Of a DNA stretch of 64,000 nt, positions 33,008 to 46,600 are shown in pieces (within the stretch, counting starts at the first letter, position 1; each line of letters starts with the position of its first letter). Source of the DNA: Marsupella aquatica (taxonomy: Eukaryota > Plantae > Marchantiophyta). The notes beneath the pieces were generated by a model. That model saw nothing but the letters and a program-made list of their open reading frames with translations. It was not told where the DNA came from and made no database searches. The translations under genes were made by a program, and so were the position numbers. The stretch covers positions 13,457,934 to 13,521,933 of the forward strand of contig OZ316899.1 in assembly GCA_973895155.1 (NCBI GenBank). The letters run 5' to 3'.

Positions 33008-34861
33008 CTATTGAGGCACCTTCTTCTATGCCAGACTCAACAATTATTGCAACCCTGGATGCCCAAAACCAGGCCCGCACAATCAAAGCCAATTGGGTTC
33101 AAGTTGGCCCCAAACCCAAGGCCGTAATTCTAGAGGAATCTGCGGTACCCTTTGCGCCTGTGAAAATGGATCCCCTTGTTGGACGCCCCTGCCCTTCTAC
33201 CCTTACTACCCCGGGGCTGGACGTAACAACCCCGACCTCTTCCCGGGTAGAGGTCTGTCCCTGCCTGAACCCGACTAGGCACAACTTGGTGAACCCATAA
33301 CTCTTTGCACCGGGCACGTATTTGAATGGGTTGTTGGGCGACTTCTCCCTACAAATTAGTCAGGAAATGGGGGAGTTCATGGCCCGCAAGGTGGCTTACT
33401 TCTTCAACCAAGAGCTGGTGGCAGCAATAAAGGCAGGGCAGGTTCAAGCGGAAGCCACAGCCAAGATTGAGCGATATTGGGCGGAGGGAACCCAACTATT
33501 ATATGGAGCCTCAACTCGAGAAACCGAGCTGCAACTTCTTTGGCCTCAGCTTACAACCGCTCTGGCTCAGGTCACCAACACCAAAGCCAAGTTAGCCTTA
33601 GTCGTACAAGCCAAAGCCAAAAAGGACACCAAAATCTCATGGCTTGGGGCTCAGATTGATGGCTTGAAAGGACAAGCCGTAATCTGGCAGAAGGACATAG
33701 AGAAGGCCGACACTCGGGCCCAAAGGGATACAGCCAAGGTGGATGCCCTGAAAGTGGAAGTGGCACGGCTTCTATAGAAAGTGGCTAAACAAGACCAACT
33801 GGTGGCACAGCTGACAAGCGACGGCCAGCAATTGGAAGAGGCGTGTCAGGAGGCCGTAGAGAAGACGGATGCGGTGAAACGAGAGAACGAGTCTCTCCTG
33901 GACCAAATCCAGATCCTCAAGCAGGAGGCTGACCGGTTGAGGAGGCAATGGGATGGCCGCTCCAAGTCCCACTCGAGCGGGTCTGGCAAACGTGCCAAAC
34001 ATTAGTGGCGTGACAAGTTTAGAATAGCGTAGGTTTAGCCAAGGAAATCGGACACTGCAGACAAACACCAAAACTAGTTAGCGGCGCTGTCAACCCTCTT
34101 TTAGTATAGAATCTTAGGATAGAAACAAGTTGTTTTGCGCCTGGCTCTTAGCTGAAATTAGAATAGATTAGATTCAAGCACATGACTGTTCCAGGCCATG
34201 GCTCTTAGTTAGTATTTAGTGCACCCCCAGTAGAGGCCGTAGGGGGGAGGACTTTAGGTTTAGAATTGGGTATCCATGGATGTGCGGGGAGTCCCAACCT
34301 TAGTGAATGAAAGAGTACCACGGAGGGAGGGTACGACTAAGCTCACCAGGCGAGTGCGGAGCCGGGCTCCATTTTAGTGTACGCCTTCCTACCATTAGGC
34401 CTGTTTATTCCCAAAGAAGTCAAGTCAACTGTGTATGTGTGTATGACGGATTTTTAATTAAAAGTCTTTCCCCCATCATTTCCTTCGTGTAAACCGAGAT
34501 TGTATGTTGTGGAATCTGTTATGGTCATAAATCTCGTATCCGAGTATAGAACAACTGCGGATAGTGGTTGTGAGCTCAGGCTAGATATCCGTATCATTGG
34601 ATCCGGATTGGAGGCAGATAACGCAAAGGCTTAGAAGTCCTTAAGCCGGGGTCAATTCAACCATCAACTTAAGGTATGTTCCGGCGGGGGAACACAAAAC
34701 ATACTTGTGATGTGTGTAGAATAAAATTTGGATGCGGGTAGCGTCAAGTTATGGGAGTAAGTGCATTTTGCACGTCCCTCCTTGCCCAAAACCTCAATAT
34801 TTACAAAGCTTATGGCCACCTAAGCCAAAATCTGTGTAAGGGCGACTCTTTTGGCGTGACA
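33008..34861 (+). repeat. Right piece of the old element's 5' LTR, including the C-terminal remnant of the LTR ORF (to 34005)
   Basis: VCPCLNP..., NGLLGDFS..., QQLEEACQEA...SGSGKRAKH*. Ends CGTGACA at 34861. Confidence 0.85.
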
Positions 34862-34873
34862 TAGCCTTTATTT

Positions 34874-34891
34874 TGGCACTAGATGGAGGGG
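34874..34891 (+). other. Primer-binding site of the old element
   Basis: TGGCACTAGATGGAGGGG, again 12 nt after the LTR end. Confidence 0.7.
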
Positions 34892-34987
34892 GCACTATGA
34901 GTTGTATTCAAAGTGGAGACATGTGCGTATGTACGTTATCACGGGACCTTGGGCCCCAGTGAGTCCTTAACTGTTGTGTAAGAGTAG

Positions 34988-37900
34988 ATGCCCATCACGC
35001 GTTCTCAAGCAACATACCTAAGGAGACTGACAAGCAAACAAGAAAGTATGTCAACAAAAAGCTTGGAATCATCAGATTCAGAGGATTTGCAATCGCCTCA
35101 ATGGATGAATATTCCACCAGGACCATCGGGGTCCGGTTCAGCAGGCCCTACCCCGGGCCCGGTTGCACCCCTGCCAGTGCCTCCACCAGCACCCATGGTG
35201 GGACTCCTCCAATTGCAGCTCATGCAACCCTAGCTCCTCCGTAGGTATCACAACAATCAAGGTTTTATTACCGACCATTCAAAGGACGTCATGGGGACAA
35301 TCCAGAAGAATGGTTGGATGAATTCAAAGCCACCGCCAAAGCTAATGGGGAAGACGCCATTAAGTTGATAGTTCTTCCAGGAGTAATGCAAGGAGAAGCC
35401 CGCTCATGGTACAACTCGCTGCAACCCATAATAACCTGGCCACAATTCTAGGCAGCATTGTTACAAGAGTTTTGTGCAATCGGAGCAGAGTCGCGCTCCT
35501 TGTTAAATATTGGCTATCTTTGCATGGGGGGGTATTTATAAACGACAGGAAACAGCAAACAGTAACAGCAAACAAAAACTGGTAACAAGAAAATGGATGG
35601 TAATTTCTTTTGAAATATTTTTGAAATATTTTTTTGAGAAAAAAATTATTTTTTTTCAAATTTTCAAATTTTTTTTGCTAGCGCCCAAAGCTAGCCAAAA
35701 AATGTTGTAATTTTTTATTTTTTTGGAAAATATTTTGACATGGTTATTTTTCTTGGTAACAGGAAAATTTTTGCTGGTACAAGTAAACCTATTTTCTGTT
35801 TACTGTCACGCGTGCCATACCCATGGGGAAGAAGGATTCCCTATGGAAGTTCATTGAGAAGTTCAAGAAGCTCGCGACCAAGATTTGACCAAGGCCGGGC
35901 GAAGCCCTCTAGCTTACTTGGTTTCTGCAGGGGTTGCCCACTGATATGCAATTTTGGGTTTGACAAAACAACCCAATGTCAATGCAAGTAGCCATAGCAT
36001 GTCCCAAAACATACAGGGAGTCCACTTTAACTCCCGACAAAGCCAACGGGCACGACGACGTAAGAAGAGCAAGTACTAGACCTTCAACAATACTGATTTT
36101 GAATAAGATGACAAGAAGAAGAAGAAGCAGAGGAAAAAGAAGATGCATCATTCAACTTCATCTAGCTTGGAGACGGGGTCTAGTTTTGACTCAACATCCA
36201 GCAGCTCCTCCACAGCAAGCTCATCAAGTAGCGATTTGGAGAGCCAGCCCAGGGACAAGAAAAAGAAATGGCGCTCTAAGAAAGAGGAGAAAAACAAGCC
36301 CCACGCTCAAAGAGCTGTACCAGATCCCAAGGCCATTGAAGCAGATAAACTGAATGAGATCATTGATAGCCTGAAAGCATTGTTGGTACATCTTGCGGAG
36401 AAAACCGTGGAGAAGAAGAAGCCGTAAAAAACCCAAGCTCATGCATGGTGCTCTAAGTGCTTCCAATCGGGGCATGTTGTGCAAGAATGCCTTGGGTGGA
36501 AGAATCAAGTCCATCAAGTGGATGTGGATGATGTCAACAGCCCGGGCCTAGAGCCAGAGTCCACTGAGTACTTCGTCAAGGACCCCACAGACTCTGTGTA
36601 TCAGATCTCCACGGGAGGTCCTCAAAATTTAGTTGGGAGAACAGCGTACCCATACTCTAATGGTGGTTGGGGATTGCAAGTTATAAGTAACCGAAGCATT
36701 CCTCCAAAACCAGGGATTTGGCGATCCCCAGTTTGTTACAACTGTGAGAAGCCCGGCCACTTTGCAAGAGAATGCACCAAACAAAGACGGCAAGGAGATG
36801 GTAGAGGCATGACGCTGTGCCAACTGTGTAAGACGGAAGCCCACTGGTAATAGTGGCCCAAGCAAATGCATCCCGACCAGCACAAGTAGGACCGGTTCCA
36901 AGTGATGCGGTGGTGCAAATGATAGACATGGAGTGGCAAGATGATACAGCCAAATGGGTCAACTTGGTCAACATAACGGAACATCCTACTCTTTCCAACA
37001 AAACCAAATGCTACCAAGTATTGACCAAGGCCAAACAAAAGCAAGAAAAGCAGGAAGAAAAATGGCAAGAAGCAAGACACCGCATTGGTACGACCCACAG
37101 TAGATATTCCTCCCAAGGAGGATGATGATTACCGCAGAGATGACCCAAAGCTATTTTATCCTCGTATTGAGGAGTTGGTGAAGCAACAGTTGGAGGCGCA
37201 TGGGAATACCAAAAGGCAATTGATAAGGATCTGAAAGCAACCAAAGCCGCCCAATGAGAAGAACAAGAGAAGGAGGCAATGGCAAAGTTGCGGCCAACGG
37301 ACCAAAGGAAGGAAGAATACAACATTTGGCAAGACGTGAAGAGTTGCCCAGTCACAGCAATGGTTGGGCAACTACTCCAGAACAACCCACGGTACCGGCA
37401 ACAACTGAGGTAGCTGCTCACGGGTTGGCGCAAGAAATGGCTACCCCATGTAGGTACTGCAGATTGTAATATGATCTGCGAAGACTTGGGAGCCCCGGAT
37501 ATCTCAATCAAAATCAAGGGCTGTACTATCAAGATGTCCTTGTAGACGGGGGGCGATAGTCAATATCATGACGAAAAAGACGTCCGTAAAGTTGGGATAC
37601 CTCACGTATCAACCCATAGCCCGCGCTATTCGGCTAGCAAATGGAGCAAGAGTGCTACCCCTAGGCACACTCACCAAGGTCCTCACCTTGGTAGGAGGTG
37701 TAGAGTTTTACCTAAACTTTTTGGTCATGAGGCCAGTCCGACTGTCTTCCTACTTGGTCCTCTTGGGGAGACCATGGCTGTGCGGAGGCCACGTGGTCAT
37801 GGACTCGGGAAAGAAAGAGTTCAGGTTTGGAACACCTGCGGTACAAGTGTTGTGGGCGGTGGACGATTATCAAGGGGAGACTCCTCAAGGACCTGAGGAG

Positions 37901-38155
37901 TATGATTCGGAGACCTTGAAGGAGGAAGAACTCAATATGATTGAGCACATTTCATCCCTTTTGAAGGAAGATGTTTTTGGAGTAGAGGTGATTCGGGAGG
38001 CGCACTTTTTGAACTACCCAAAGGCAGCGGTAGATGCAGCCACCATGGGTCCTTACAGTGCCTCAACAAGCAAACATCAAGTGGCAGTCATCGATACAGA
38101 GGATACGGCTCTGGCTAAGCAGGGAGCCAAATTGAGCATAACTATTCTAGAGCTT
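34988..38155 (+). pseudogene. gag-pol: Degraded gag-protease of the old family-A element
   Basis: Fragments homologous to 22727-25620 (MPITRSQ, CYNCEKPGHFAREC, LLGRPWL) with many stops and frameshifts. Confidence 0.9.
35530..35822. mobile_element. MITE-like AT-rich insertion (~293 bp) in gag
   Basis: Absent from the intact gag. Imperfect TIRs GGGTAT...GACAGgAAACAG / CTGTTTaCTGTC...ATACCC. Flanking duplication ATGGGG at 35524-35529 and 35823-35828. Confidence 0.7.
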
Positions 38156-38939
38156 CACTACTACACTATCATCCATTTTTGCGAACCCAAAATATCGCAA
38201 CTAACAAAGAACTCTACATCAAGAATTCTACATGTTGCGATTAAACGCGCATCGCAACACCTTCGCCACTTGCGAACCTAAATGCTTCGCAATTGGACCA
38301 TTGCAACACCATTGCAATGACTTTGCAATTACCCAACCACATAGCCTCGCAATTTGCCGTACCTGTGTGATGTTTTGCGTATTGCATGCAGTTTGCAAAG
38401 CCCCACACCAACGCCGCTGCGGTTGTTCAAATTTGCAAACGCTTTTGCTTCGTAGATGGTTTGCGGTATTAGTTGACTCGAAATCTAAGATACTTTTAGG
38501 TTCATAAGTTGCCGTTTCATTTGTATTGCAAATACTGGAGTGTTTTGCTTCAAATAGAACAAATCAATTGCGTTCGCAATTAGCAAAGAGAGAAGAATGG
38601 GATAGTTGTGAACTAGATTGAATGTAAAAGTGTGATGCAATGTTGCTCACAAGTTGCGAGGTAAATGAGCTGGTTAGTTTTGAAGTTTAGGAATTCTCAA
38701 CCGGTTCACAATTGTTTGAAAGCACAAGCTTCAATAAACATTTTGTGAGGTATTCCTCTTGGGTATGCACCCAATGTATTGGAAGGCAAAATTGGTGTTT
38801 ATAAGATGAGAAATAGGTGCATGTACAAAATGTAGGAGTTCAAGGAACCCTATTCATAAGAAGGGTGGCATATGTGATGCCAAGTGGACCCTACTAACCA
38901 TATCCTACCTCTTCCTATCCTAAGCTCTTACATGGCTAG

Positions 38940-41000
38940 TCACTCAAACTTACTAAAATGGGCTCTTTCTACCCCTCTTGGCCGACTTCTTGGCCGGCTT
39001 CTTGCCCTTATCCTTTCGGGAATGTATATCCTGCTGCTGACGGGTGCGCAGGGCCCGCGGGTGCTCTTGCTCGTCCTCCTGCTCCTGCTCCTCCTGCCCT
39101 CCTGCTCATCCTCATCGTCGTCACCTGCCTCCTGCTCCCCCTCATCATCAACCTGTCTCGCTGATGCAAGACTAGTGCGACTGCCACGATGGGATGAACC
39201 GCCCTCATGGCTACTGTCTCCCCCCTGAGCACCACTAGTAAGGGGCTGATCCTCATCATCACTACTGCTCACATCAGCACCCGACCTCTCAGGCTCATCC
39301 GAATCCTGCATCCATATACTCAATGAGTTTATGCAAAATTAAAGGGTCCCCAACAATGTTTGCATGACAAGTAAAAAATTGTCAAAACTAAGATACTCAC
39401 AGTAGCCAACTCGGCATCTACCATCGCAAAGAGGTACTTTTGTCCGTGCTCCATTGCTGTCTCAATATGTTTCTTTGATATCTTTCTCTTGTATTTCCGG
39501 TACTGTCATGCATGCCACCAAAAATTAAACACAACATAATAAAACCTAACTTATAACCTAAAACTCACCCTAATTAAACCTCACAAAAGCAAACCTCATT
39601 CCAAGGGAATTCATTAACTTTGCGAAGCTAATAGGTTGACAACATGCGAAGGCCAATATTTTGCGAACTCATTGCGATGTCCGTTGCGATGTGCGTTCCT
39701 TCGCAATGGGTTTGCAACTGGGGAAAAACAAAAGTCCATAATAGAGTTTGCAAACAGGTTGCAAAGGGATACGCATCGCAACGGGTTCGCAAACTGTTTT
39801 CTCGAGAGTTTTTAAAAAGGTGCCCGAAATTCTAAGTGTCAGACATGACCTAAAACAATACACAAGCAAAGCACATGAGAGCTTCAACATTCATGGGATT
39901 CCATTCACTTGCATTGCCCCACTGGGAAACTAAGTTGGAAAGAGAGTACGAAGGGGAGGAGGCACTCACAAAGTGAGCCTTGAGGCCGGGGAGCCCGCCT
40001 TGACCCAACCTGTGGATTGGATTGGGGGTGGCCTTTACTTGCTTGGCTGCATCAGTGAATCGCTTGGGTGGTCTTCCTTCTTGATCAACCACCTTCTGCA
40101 CATCAGCCACCTTCTATTCGAGTCCCTTCAGGTCGTGGTCAGGGGAGAGCTTCCCGGCCTCCTTTGCCTTCAAGGCTCGAGCCAATGCATCCTTCCACTG
40201 ATCTAACTCACCAGCTGCTTTGATCTGCACCTCAATCTTGTAAAATGCATTCCAAATGTCCTCGGTGAAATGGAGGGGTCTACGCAAATTCCTGTACGAT
40301 CTCAAGTCTTTCAGGTGGGCTCTGATCTTCATCCTGTCATGGTATCTCATTTGAGACATAGATTTGAAATCTTGTCTCCCAGCCATTGCTCATCTATGTC
40401 AGGTCCGTTGCAAAATGCATCATCCCTTGATCTGATTGATCACCCTCATTCGTTCTGCCTTCTCAACCTTTCCCCACTGCATGCCTCGTGAGAAATTGCT
40501 TGTGATGATCTACTTGATTGTGCTCTTAGCCCCTGCATAGGCTAGCTTCGTTGGAGTTCCACTCGTCTCCAAGGCAATGAATGGCAACTTTTTCCTTGCT
40601 TCCTCTTTTTGACGTTGCTCATCCCTCTGTTTTCGAATTGCATCCCTCTCCTCTCTTCTCTTCTTTTTTTCAAGGGCTTGAGGAGAAGCAACTCCCGATT
40701 TATCCCTCTCCTCTCTCTTCCTTTTTTTCTCTCTAGCTTTCTCCTCAGCTGCGGCCCTTCCTCCTCCCCTCTAGTAGCCTGCCCTGCTAGAATTCCTGTC
40801 TACAGAATCTGCCCTAGAATGCCACTCAACGAGGCAAGCCCTGCTGGAGTATTCAAATTCACTTCGCCCAACTGTGCAGCATTGAGATGTTGGGCCACTA
40901 AATCCGCGAATACATTCCCCTCCTTCTCTTGATTCGTCCCATTGCCACTACCACTAGCACCACTAGCACCATGTTGTCCACTTCCCTCACCACCAGCCAT
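38940..41000 (-). pseudogene. Multi-exon TnpA/Ptta-like (Transposase_24-like) accessory gene of the CACTA element, divergent from TnpD
   Basis: Minus ORFs 40800-41000, 40114-40386, 39850-40110 and 38940-39323. RPLHFTEDIWNAF and HRLGQGG resemble Ptta/En/Spm motifs. GTGAG donors near 39969 and 39400. Confidence 0.5.
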
Positions 41001-41529
41001 AGCCTTCCGCCTCTCAAGTCTCTTTCTTCTCCTTGCGCGCAGCTACACTACCCTCTCGCCTTCTCCGCTCGTTCTCTCGACAAAACATAGGAATGAGCTC
41101 AACGTGAGCTCCCGCCGACACTTACGGCATTCAAAAAAAGGGTGTTGTGATCAGATTCGCATGGGAAACTCCCATCCTATAGGCTTCGCAAACCATTTTG
41201 CAAATTGCGACCCTGTTGTGAAGGTTTAGTCATTGCAAGGCAATCGCAACCTGCAGAAGGGACCAAAATTTGCTCTCGGCCTCTGTTTTAGCGAAGCCGT
41301 TGCAAAGCGTAGAGGTTCGCAAAATTTCTCTCTAAGTTGTGAACTAATTTGCAAGGCAGGTGATATCGGTTTAGGGTGGGAAACGATCCCGAGTACATTA
41401 AACGGCTTTAGAAGGGTAAGTTGCTTAAACCCACAACTCTTGTGATTTGCCAAGTTCGGAAAATATAATTGGGTTTTGAGTTAAGGTGTTTTGTGTTTAA
41501 TTGAGGGACTTTATTTATTTTTTGTCCAA

Positions 41530-41912
41530 TGTAGGGGTTAGGTTTTAATGTAAGGGTTGGCTTTGACTTCTAACTCAGGGTTTTTGCACTATATTGAAGT
41601 TTAGGGTCATGGTCTATTTAATTGAGGGCTTTGGGTTAGGGTTTCATGGGAAATGCTTTGGGTTAGGGTTTAAGGTAAGGGTTTTGGTTAGTAAGGTTTT
41701 ACCTTTGAAGTTTGGGTGTGGGTTTAAGGTAGGGGTTCCTATTACTTAGGTTTTACCTTTGAAGTTTTGTTAGGGTCTAGGGTAGGGGTTTGAGTTAGGT
41801 TTTAATAGAGGTTTTGTTTATTTTCTAATTGAGGGTTTACTTTGGGTTAGGGTTCACTAAGGGTTTAGGGTTAGGGTCCAGGGTAGGGGTTTGGGTTAGG
41901 TTTTCATTTAGG
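41530..41912 (+). repeat. Degenerate telomere-like (T)TTAGGG/GGGTTT array inside the CACTA element
   Basis: Many TTAGGG(TTT) variants, e.g. GGGTTTAGGGTTAGGG near 41861-41876. Confidence 0.75.
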
Positions 41913-42347
41913 GTATGCTTTCATTTTTCCATTAACATAAAGGGTTGGAACACTCTAGGACTACTTGCACGACACTTCCGCATCTTTTTCAAAGTTTTGG
42001 CTAATGCATATGCATTGCGAGAGCCCGGGCATCTGAAAGGTACAACTTGTTTTAAAGCCTTTTGGTTTATATTGGAACTATTGAGGGTTATAGTCTATCA
42101 TCCCTTTCTCTACTTGATCATGAGTCATGGCTTATAATGTATTATATATTTGCAGATTTTTCCCTCCTACTTCCAGATTGGGTTCATCAAGTTTGAGCCT
42201 GAAGACCTATAGGCATTGCTGAGCCCGGGTCTCAAAAACGGTAATATTCATTTCACTTCAGTTTAAAGTGTACTTAGGGTTTAAAAAGGATGGTTTTGGG
42301 AATTCTTTTACTAACTCCAGACTCCAAACATTTGTTGCATTTGCTAG

Positions 42348-43504
42348 ATGTCTTCATCCTCTACAACTTCCACCACATCAGACTCCTCCTTTGATGAAGA
42401 CATTCCTCCTCCTCCTGAGCCTGAACCAAGTGTACGTCGACCTAGTGGTCCGCCACGTCAACTTTGTGGTTGTAAAAAATGTGTGGGGATGATTGTCCAG
42501 AAGTCATATGTATGTGCGGACCACATTGTAAGATATGGACAACATCGAGGTCTTACACCGGGAGCCTCTTCATCCCATATGGTGAGTTGTAAAGTTACCT
42601 TGTTTGTTTCTAATTTTATAAATCTACCTAGCATGACTTAGGTTTTGGGAAGTTGTTCACATTTACTTTGTTGGATTTTTTTCATATAGGTATCCACTAG
42701 GCCTACACCCACGGCACCAACACCCTATGTTCCCTCACAAGGAGTTCTAGATGCTATAGGCTTGGCCCTTTCACAAGATTTTTGTCTAGTTGCAACATGG
42801 CAAGGAAGTGTTGGGACAGCTGAGGGTGTTGGTATTGTTACAAGAGGGAAAAAACGATCTAAAAGGAAGCCGAGAGGGGAAGTTGATCAGTATACCTGTA
42901 GGGTTGATGGTAGGTGGGGACCTTGTACGTTCACAGGGAAATGTGTGCCTATCATAAAGGATTGGAATCCTGATTGCCTTGGTTTGCCATGTGATATAAC
43001 CTATGGTGAGGAGATAGAGGTTTGGGGAAGGCGTTGGGTTGTCAAAAGTTCTACACTAGGGGAGAGACATGGGTATGGAGTTTTTTCTTGTGAGGACATC
43101 ATTGTGGATGATATGGGTGGAAAAGGGCGGTCTCCAGATGGACCAACGTTGTTCCCATATGGTGGACCATTTACAAGAGGAGACATTGGAACATGATCCT
43201 TGTACAACACCCTGAGTGGAAGACTTATGCATTGGACATGGATACTTTTGATGGCTGCACTAGAAAGTATAGTGAACAACATATAATTGATGGAGATCCC
43301 ATTCGTAGTGGGAATATAGCCGGTTTCATAAACAGTACTGTGGGGTCCCGGCCCAAGCGTAGGCAAAATTGTGAGTGGGTTTTTGTTGATGGTCCCCCTC
43401 CAGCACCATATGGACAGAGATATCATCGTGACCACTGTCTGGTTGTGGCTACAAGGACCATTAAGGTCGGAGAGGAGTTGTTTACTCATTATGAGTGGGA
43501 TTAG
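42348..43504 (+). pseudogene. CACTA-borne SET-domain (lysine methyltransferase-like) gene: exon 42348-42581 + exon 42690-43504, 1-bp frameshift near 43169
   Basis: SET motifs VKSSTL...HGYGVF, PYGG, IDG...GNIAGFINS...NC and VATRTIKVGEELFTHY. Phase-0 GTGAGT donor at 42582 and AG acceptor at 42688-42689 keep the frame. Confidence 0.8.
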
Positions 43505-43662
43505 GCTTAGTTATTTTAGGGACACTCATATATTACATGTTCATTCATTGCGTGTGAACATATTTTTGTAAGCTACCCATGTCCTTTTCATATTATTAAT
43601 AACATATTTGTCTCACTATTATTTGGAGTTTGATTGCAAATGCTTTATTGTGTTGTCCATAG

Positions 43663-46600
43663 AATGTGCGACCTAGTCAAGATATGTTGCCAAGGAGGTT
43701 GAGAGCTACATATGATGAAATGGGCATGCCACGAGACAGAGAAACATCATCAACAGATTCCTCATCCAGTGACAATGACATTGAAGGTTTGGATGAAGGG
43801 GCACCTAGGACAGATTATGCGGTCATGCAGGACCAGGAGACAGCCATGGATGACTTCATGACAGATTGGTTTGGTGTGGACGTTGATGGTGAAGGACGTG
43901 GACCACCCAATGAAGGAGCTCCCCCACCAAATGTTGCACATGACCCCCGGCCTCAACATACACCAGAAGGTCAACAACAATGGGAAGAAGCGGAGGCACA
44001 TGCTAGAACACCTATTTATGGGGGTGCTCGCTTGAATAGACTCTCTGCCATCTTGGCATTGATGAACCTTCAGGCAAAACACAAGGCAAGCAATGCCCTA
44101 CTATCAGATTTTTTTGCAATTTGTCATGACCTCATGTTACCCAGTGACAATGTATTGCTAGGAACTTGGAAGGAGGCAAAGAGAGTTTTATCATCCATTG
44201 GTATGGAATATCATATCATTCATACTTGTGTGAATGATTGCATCCTATATCATGAGACCAATGCCAACAAGACTGAGTGTCCAATTTGTCATGAGCCTCG
44301 ATATGAGGCCAACATGTTGACCTCAAAGGTGCCCAGGAAAGCTGTCCGTTGGTTTCCCATTATTCCTCGATTGTTGCACATGTATCGATGTTCTAACTTG
44401 GCAGAATTGATGGTATGGCATAAGACACATCGATCAGAGGCCGGTGTCATGCAGTTGCCAATTGACTCCCCTGCTCACAAGCATATGGAGTCACAATGGC
44501 CAGAGTTTGCCAATGACCCTCGTCATGTGAGGTTGGGGTTGGCATCAGATGGGGTCAGCCCCCATTCCCTTGGTGGGAAAGGATGCCCTACATCAGTTTG
44601 GCCGGTGGTTGTTATGAATTACAACCTTCCACCATGGTTGTCCATGAAAAAGGGCTTCTTATTGTTGTCATTGATTATCCCAGGTCCATCTAAGGTAAAA
44701 AACATGGACACCTACTTGGCACTATTGGTTGGGGAACTTCAAAAATTATGGGACGGTGTGTGGGCCTATGATGGTCGGAAAACTATAGGGGGATTATCGC
44801 GTGTCTTCAAATTAAAGGGAATCAATATGTGGACCATGCATGACTATCCTGGTAAGGTTTTCATGTATTAAAGAGTTTGTTTTAGAGGAAGTCCCTCATA
44901 TTTATGTATGTACATGAACTTTTTAAATCCTTTGACTCTAATTGAGAAAGTTGTTTGGGTTTGGGTTTGTTGCAGGGTTTGGGTTTGTTTCAAGGTTACA
45001 AACTCAAGGGTATAAGGCATGCTCCACTTGTGGTCCAAGCCTTGAAGATATGGCCAAGTACTCAAGATGGCTTCGCAAGATAATCTACCTTGGGCATACC
45101 AAGTTTCTTCCACGTGGACATGAGATGAGGTTTGAACCCCTTCTATTTTCAGACTTTGACATGATCAATGGTGATGAGCGTGACATACTTGAGCGTACAT
45201 CCTTTGCACATTGGAAATCCATAGCTGATAGGGTGGCAGACCCTGACGACCCCATGACATTTGATGGAAGTGGGTTGACACGGTGGACTATACTAGCCAC
45301 TTTGCCGTATTGGCCTGAGTTGAAGATTCATCACTTGTTAGACCCCATGCATATAGAGGGAAACGTTGGGAAGGCTTTGATCAAGCATTTTTATGGAGAA
45401 AAGGGCCATAATTTTAGGGAGGCATGCCAAGATCTAGAACAACATCCAGATGTATGGATAACAGTTGATGAATCAACAGGGATGGAACACCGTCCTTCAG
45501 CTCCTTGGGTTTTGAGTGTTGGTGAAAGAAGAGAGTTTCGACAACGCATAGGTCAGATGCGGTTTCCTACAGGCTATGGTGCCAATCTCCGGAAAGCTTT
45601 TGGGATGGAGGACAGTCATAAGTGGCCAATGTATCTGAAGACACATGACTATCACCGTTTACTACAACATATACTTCCTGTGGCAATCATAGGCTTGGGC
45701 AATGAAGAAGTGCAAGATGCCCTCTGGTCATCGGGCACTTTGTTGAGATGGATATGCTCAAAGGAAATATATGAAAAAGAGATCCCACGTATGGAGGTAT
45801 TGGCAGCTGAGGTAGTTTGCAAGTTAGAGAAGGCCCTCCCTCCTTCCTTCTTTGATTGTCAAGTGCATTTACTTGTTCATCTTGTGAGGGAGGTTGCCAT
45901 TGCTGGTCCAGTGCATTGTCGTTGGATGTATTGGTTGGAAGGTACATGGCTATGTTAAAGGCTTATATACGGAATCGTGCACGAGTGGAGGGGAGCATGG
46001 CCACAGGATACTTAGCAGCTAAGAGTATGTTCTATTGCAGCAACATCTTAGCTACCATTGATCCTAGTTGTCCACGCAGTTGGATGGAAGAGAGAGAAAT
46101 GGAGGAGGATTGTTTAACAGGAGCCAAAAAAACACGCTTACTGATCGGAGTTGAGTTGACACAAATGACTACTTTCATGTTGAGTAATAGCACTGTCATG
46201 GAAGAATGGAGAGAGTTTTATGAGGATGCAAAGAGGGAGAGTCGTCGCCCAAGGATTTTTCCAAAGTTCCTTGAGTATGAGGGAGAAAGTACTTCAGTTG
46301 GATGCTATGGTGGCCCAAGGTGAGAGTGTATCCAACTTCTTATATTTGCACATGATGTGGTGCTTCTAGCTCACTCCCAATCTGATTTGCAACAACATCT
46401 TCTAGCCCTAGAGCATTTTTGCAAACAATCAGACATGCAGGTCAACATGAGGAAGACCAAGTGCCTTGTACTTGGTACAAAGCAAGAGATTTCTCTCTAT
46501 TTTGCAGGTGAAAAGGTGGAGATGGTGACCTCTTACAAGTATCTTGGGGTGGAGTTTTCTCGAAGCATGAGTTGGGCTACATGTGTGACGCATAGGGTGG

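Noticed and set aside
41530-41912. True or interstitial telomere
   Set aside because: Highly degenerate, short and enclosed within CACTA TIRs and TSD.
46320-46345. TSD for the LINE insertion
   Set aside because: No convincing duplicated sequence at the two junctions; boundaries are approximate.
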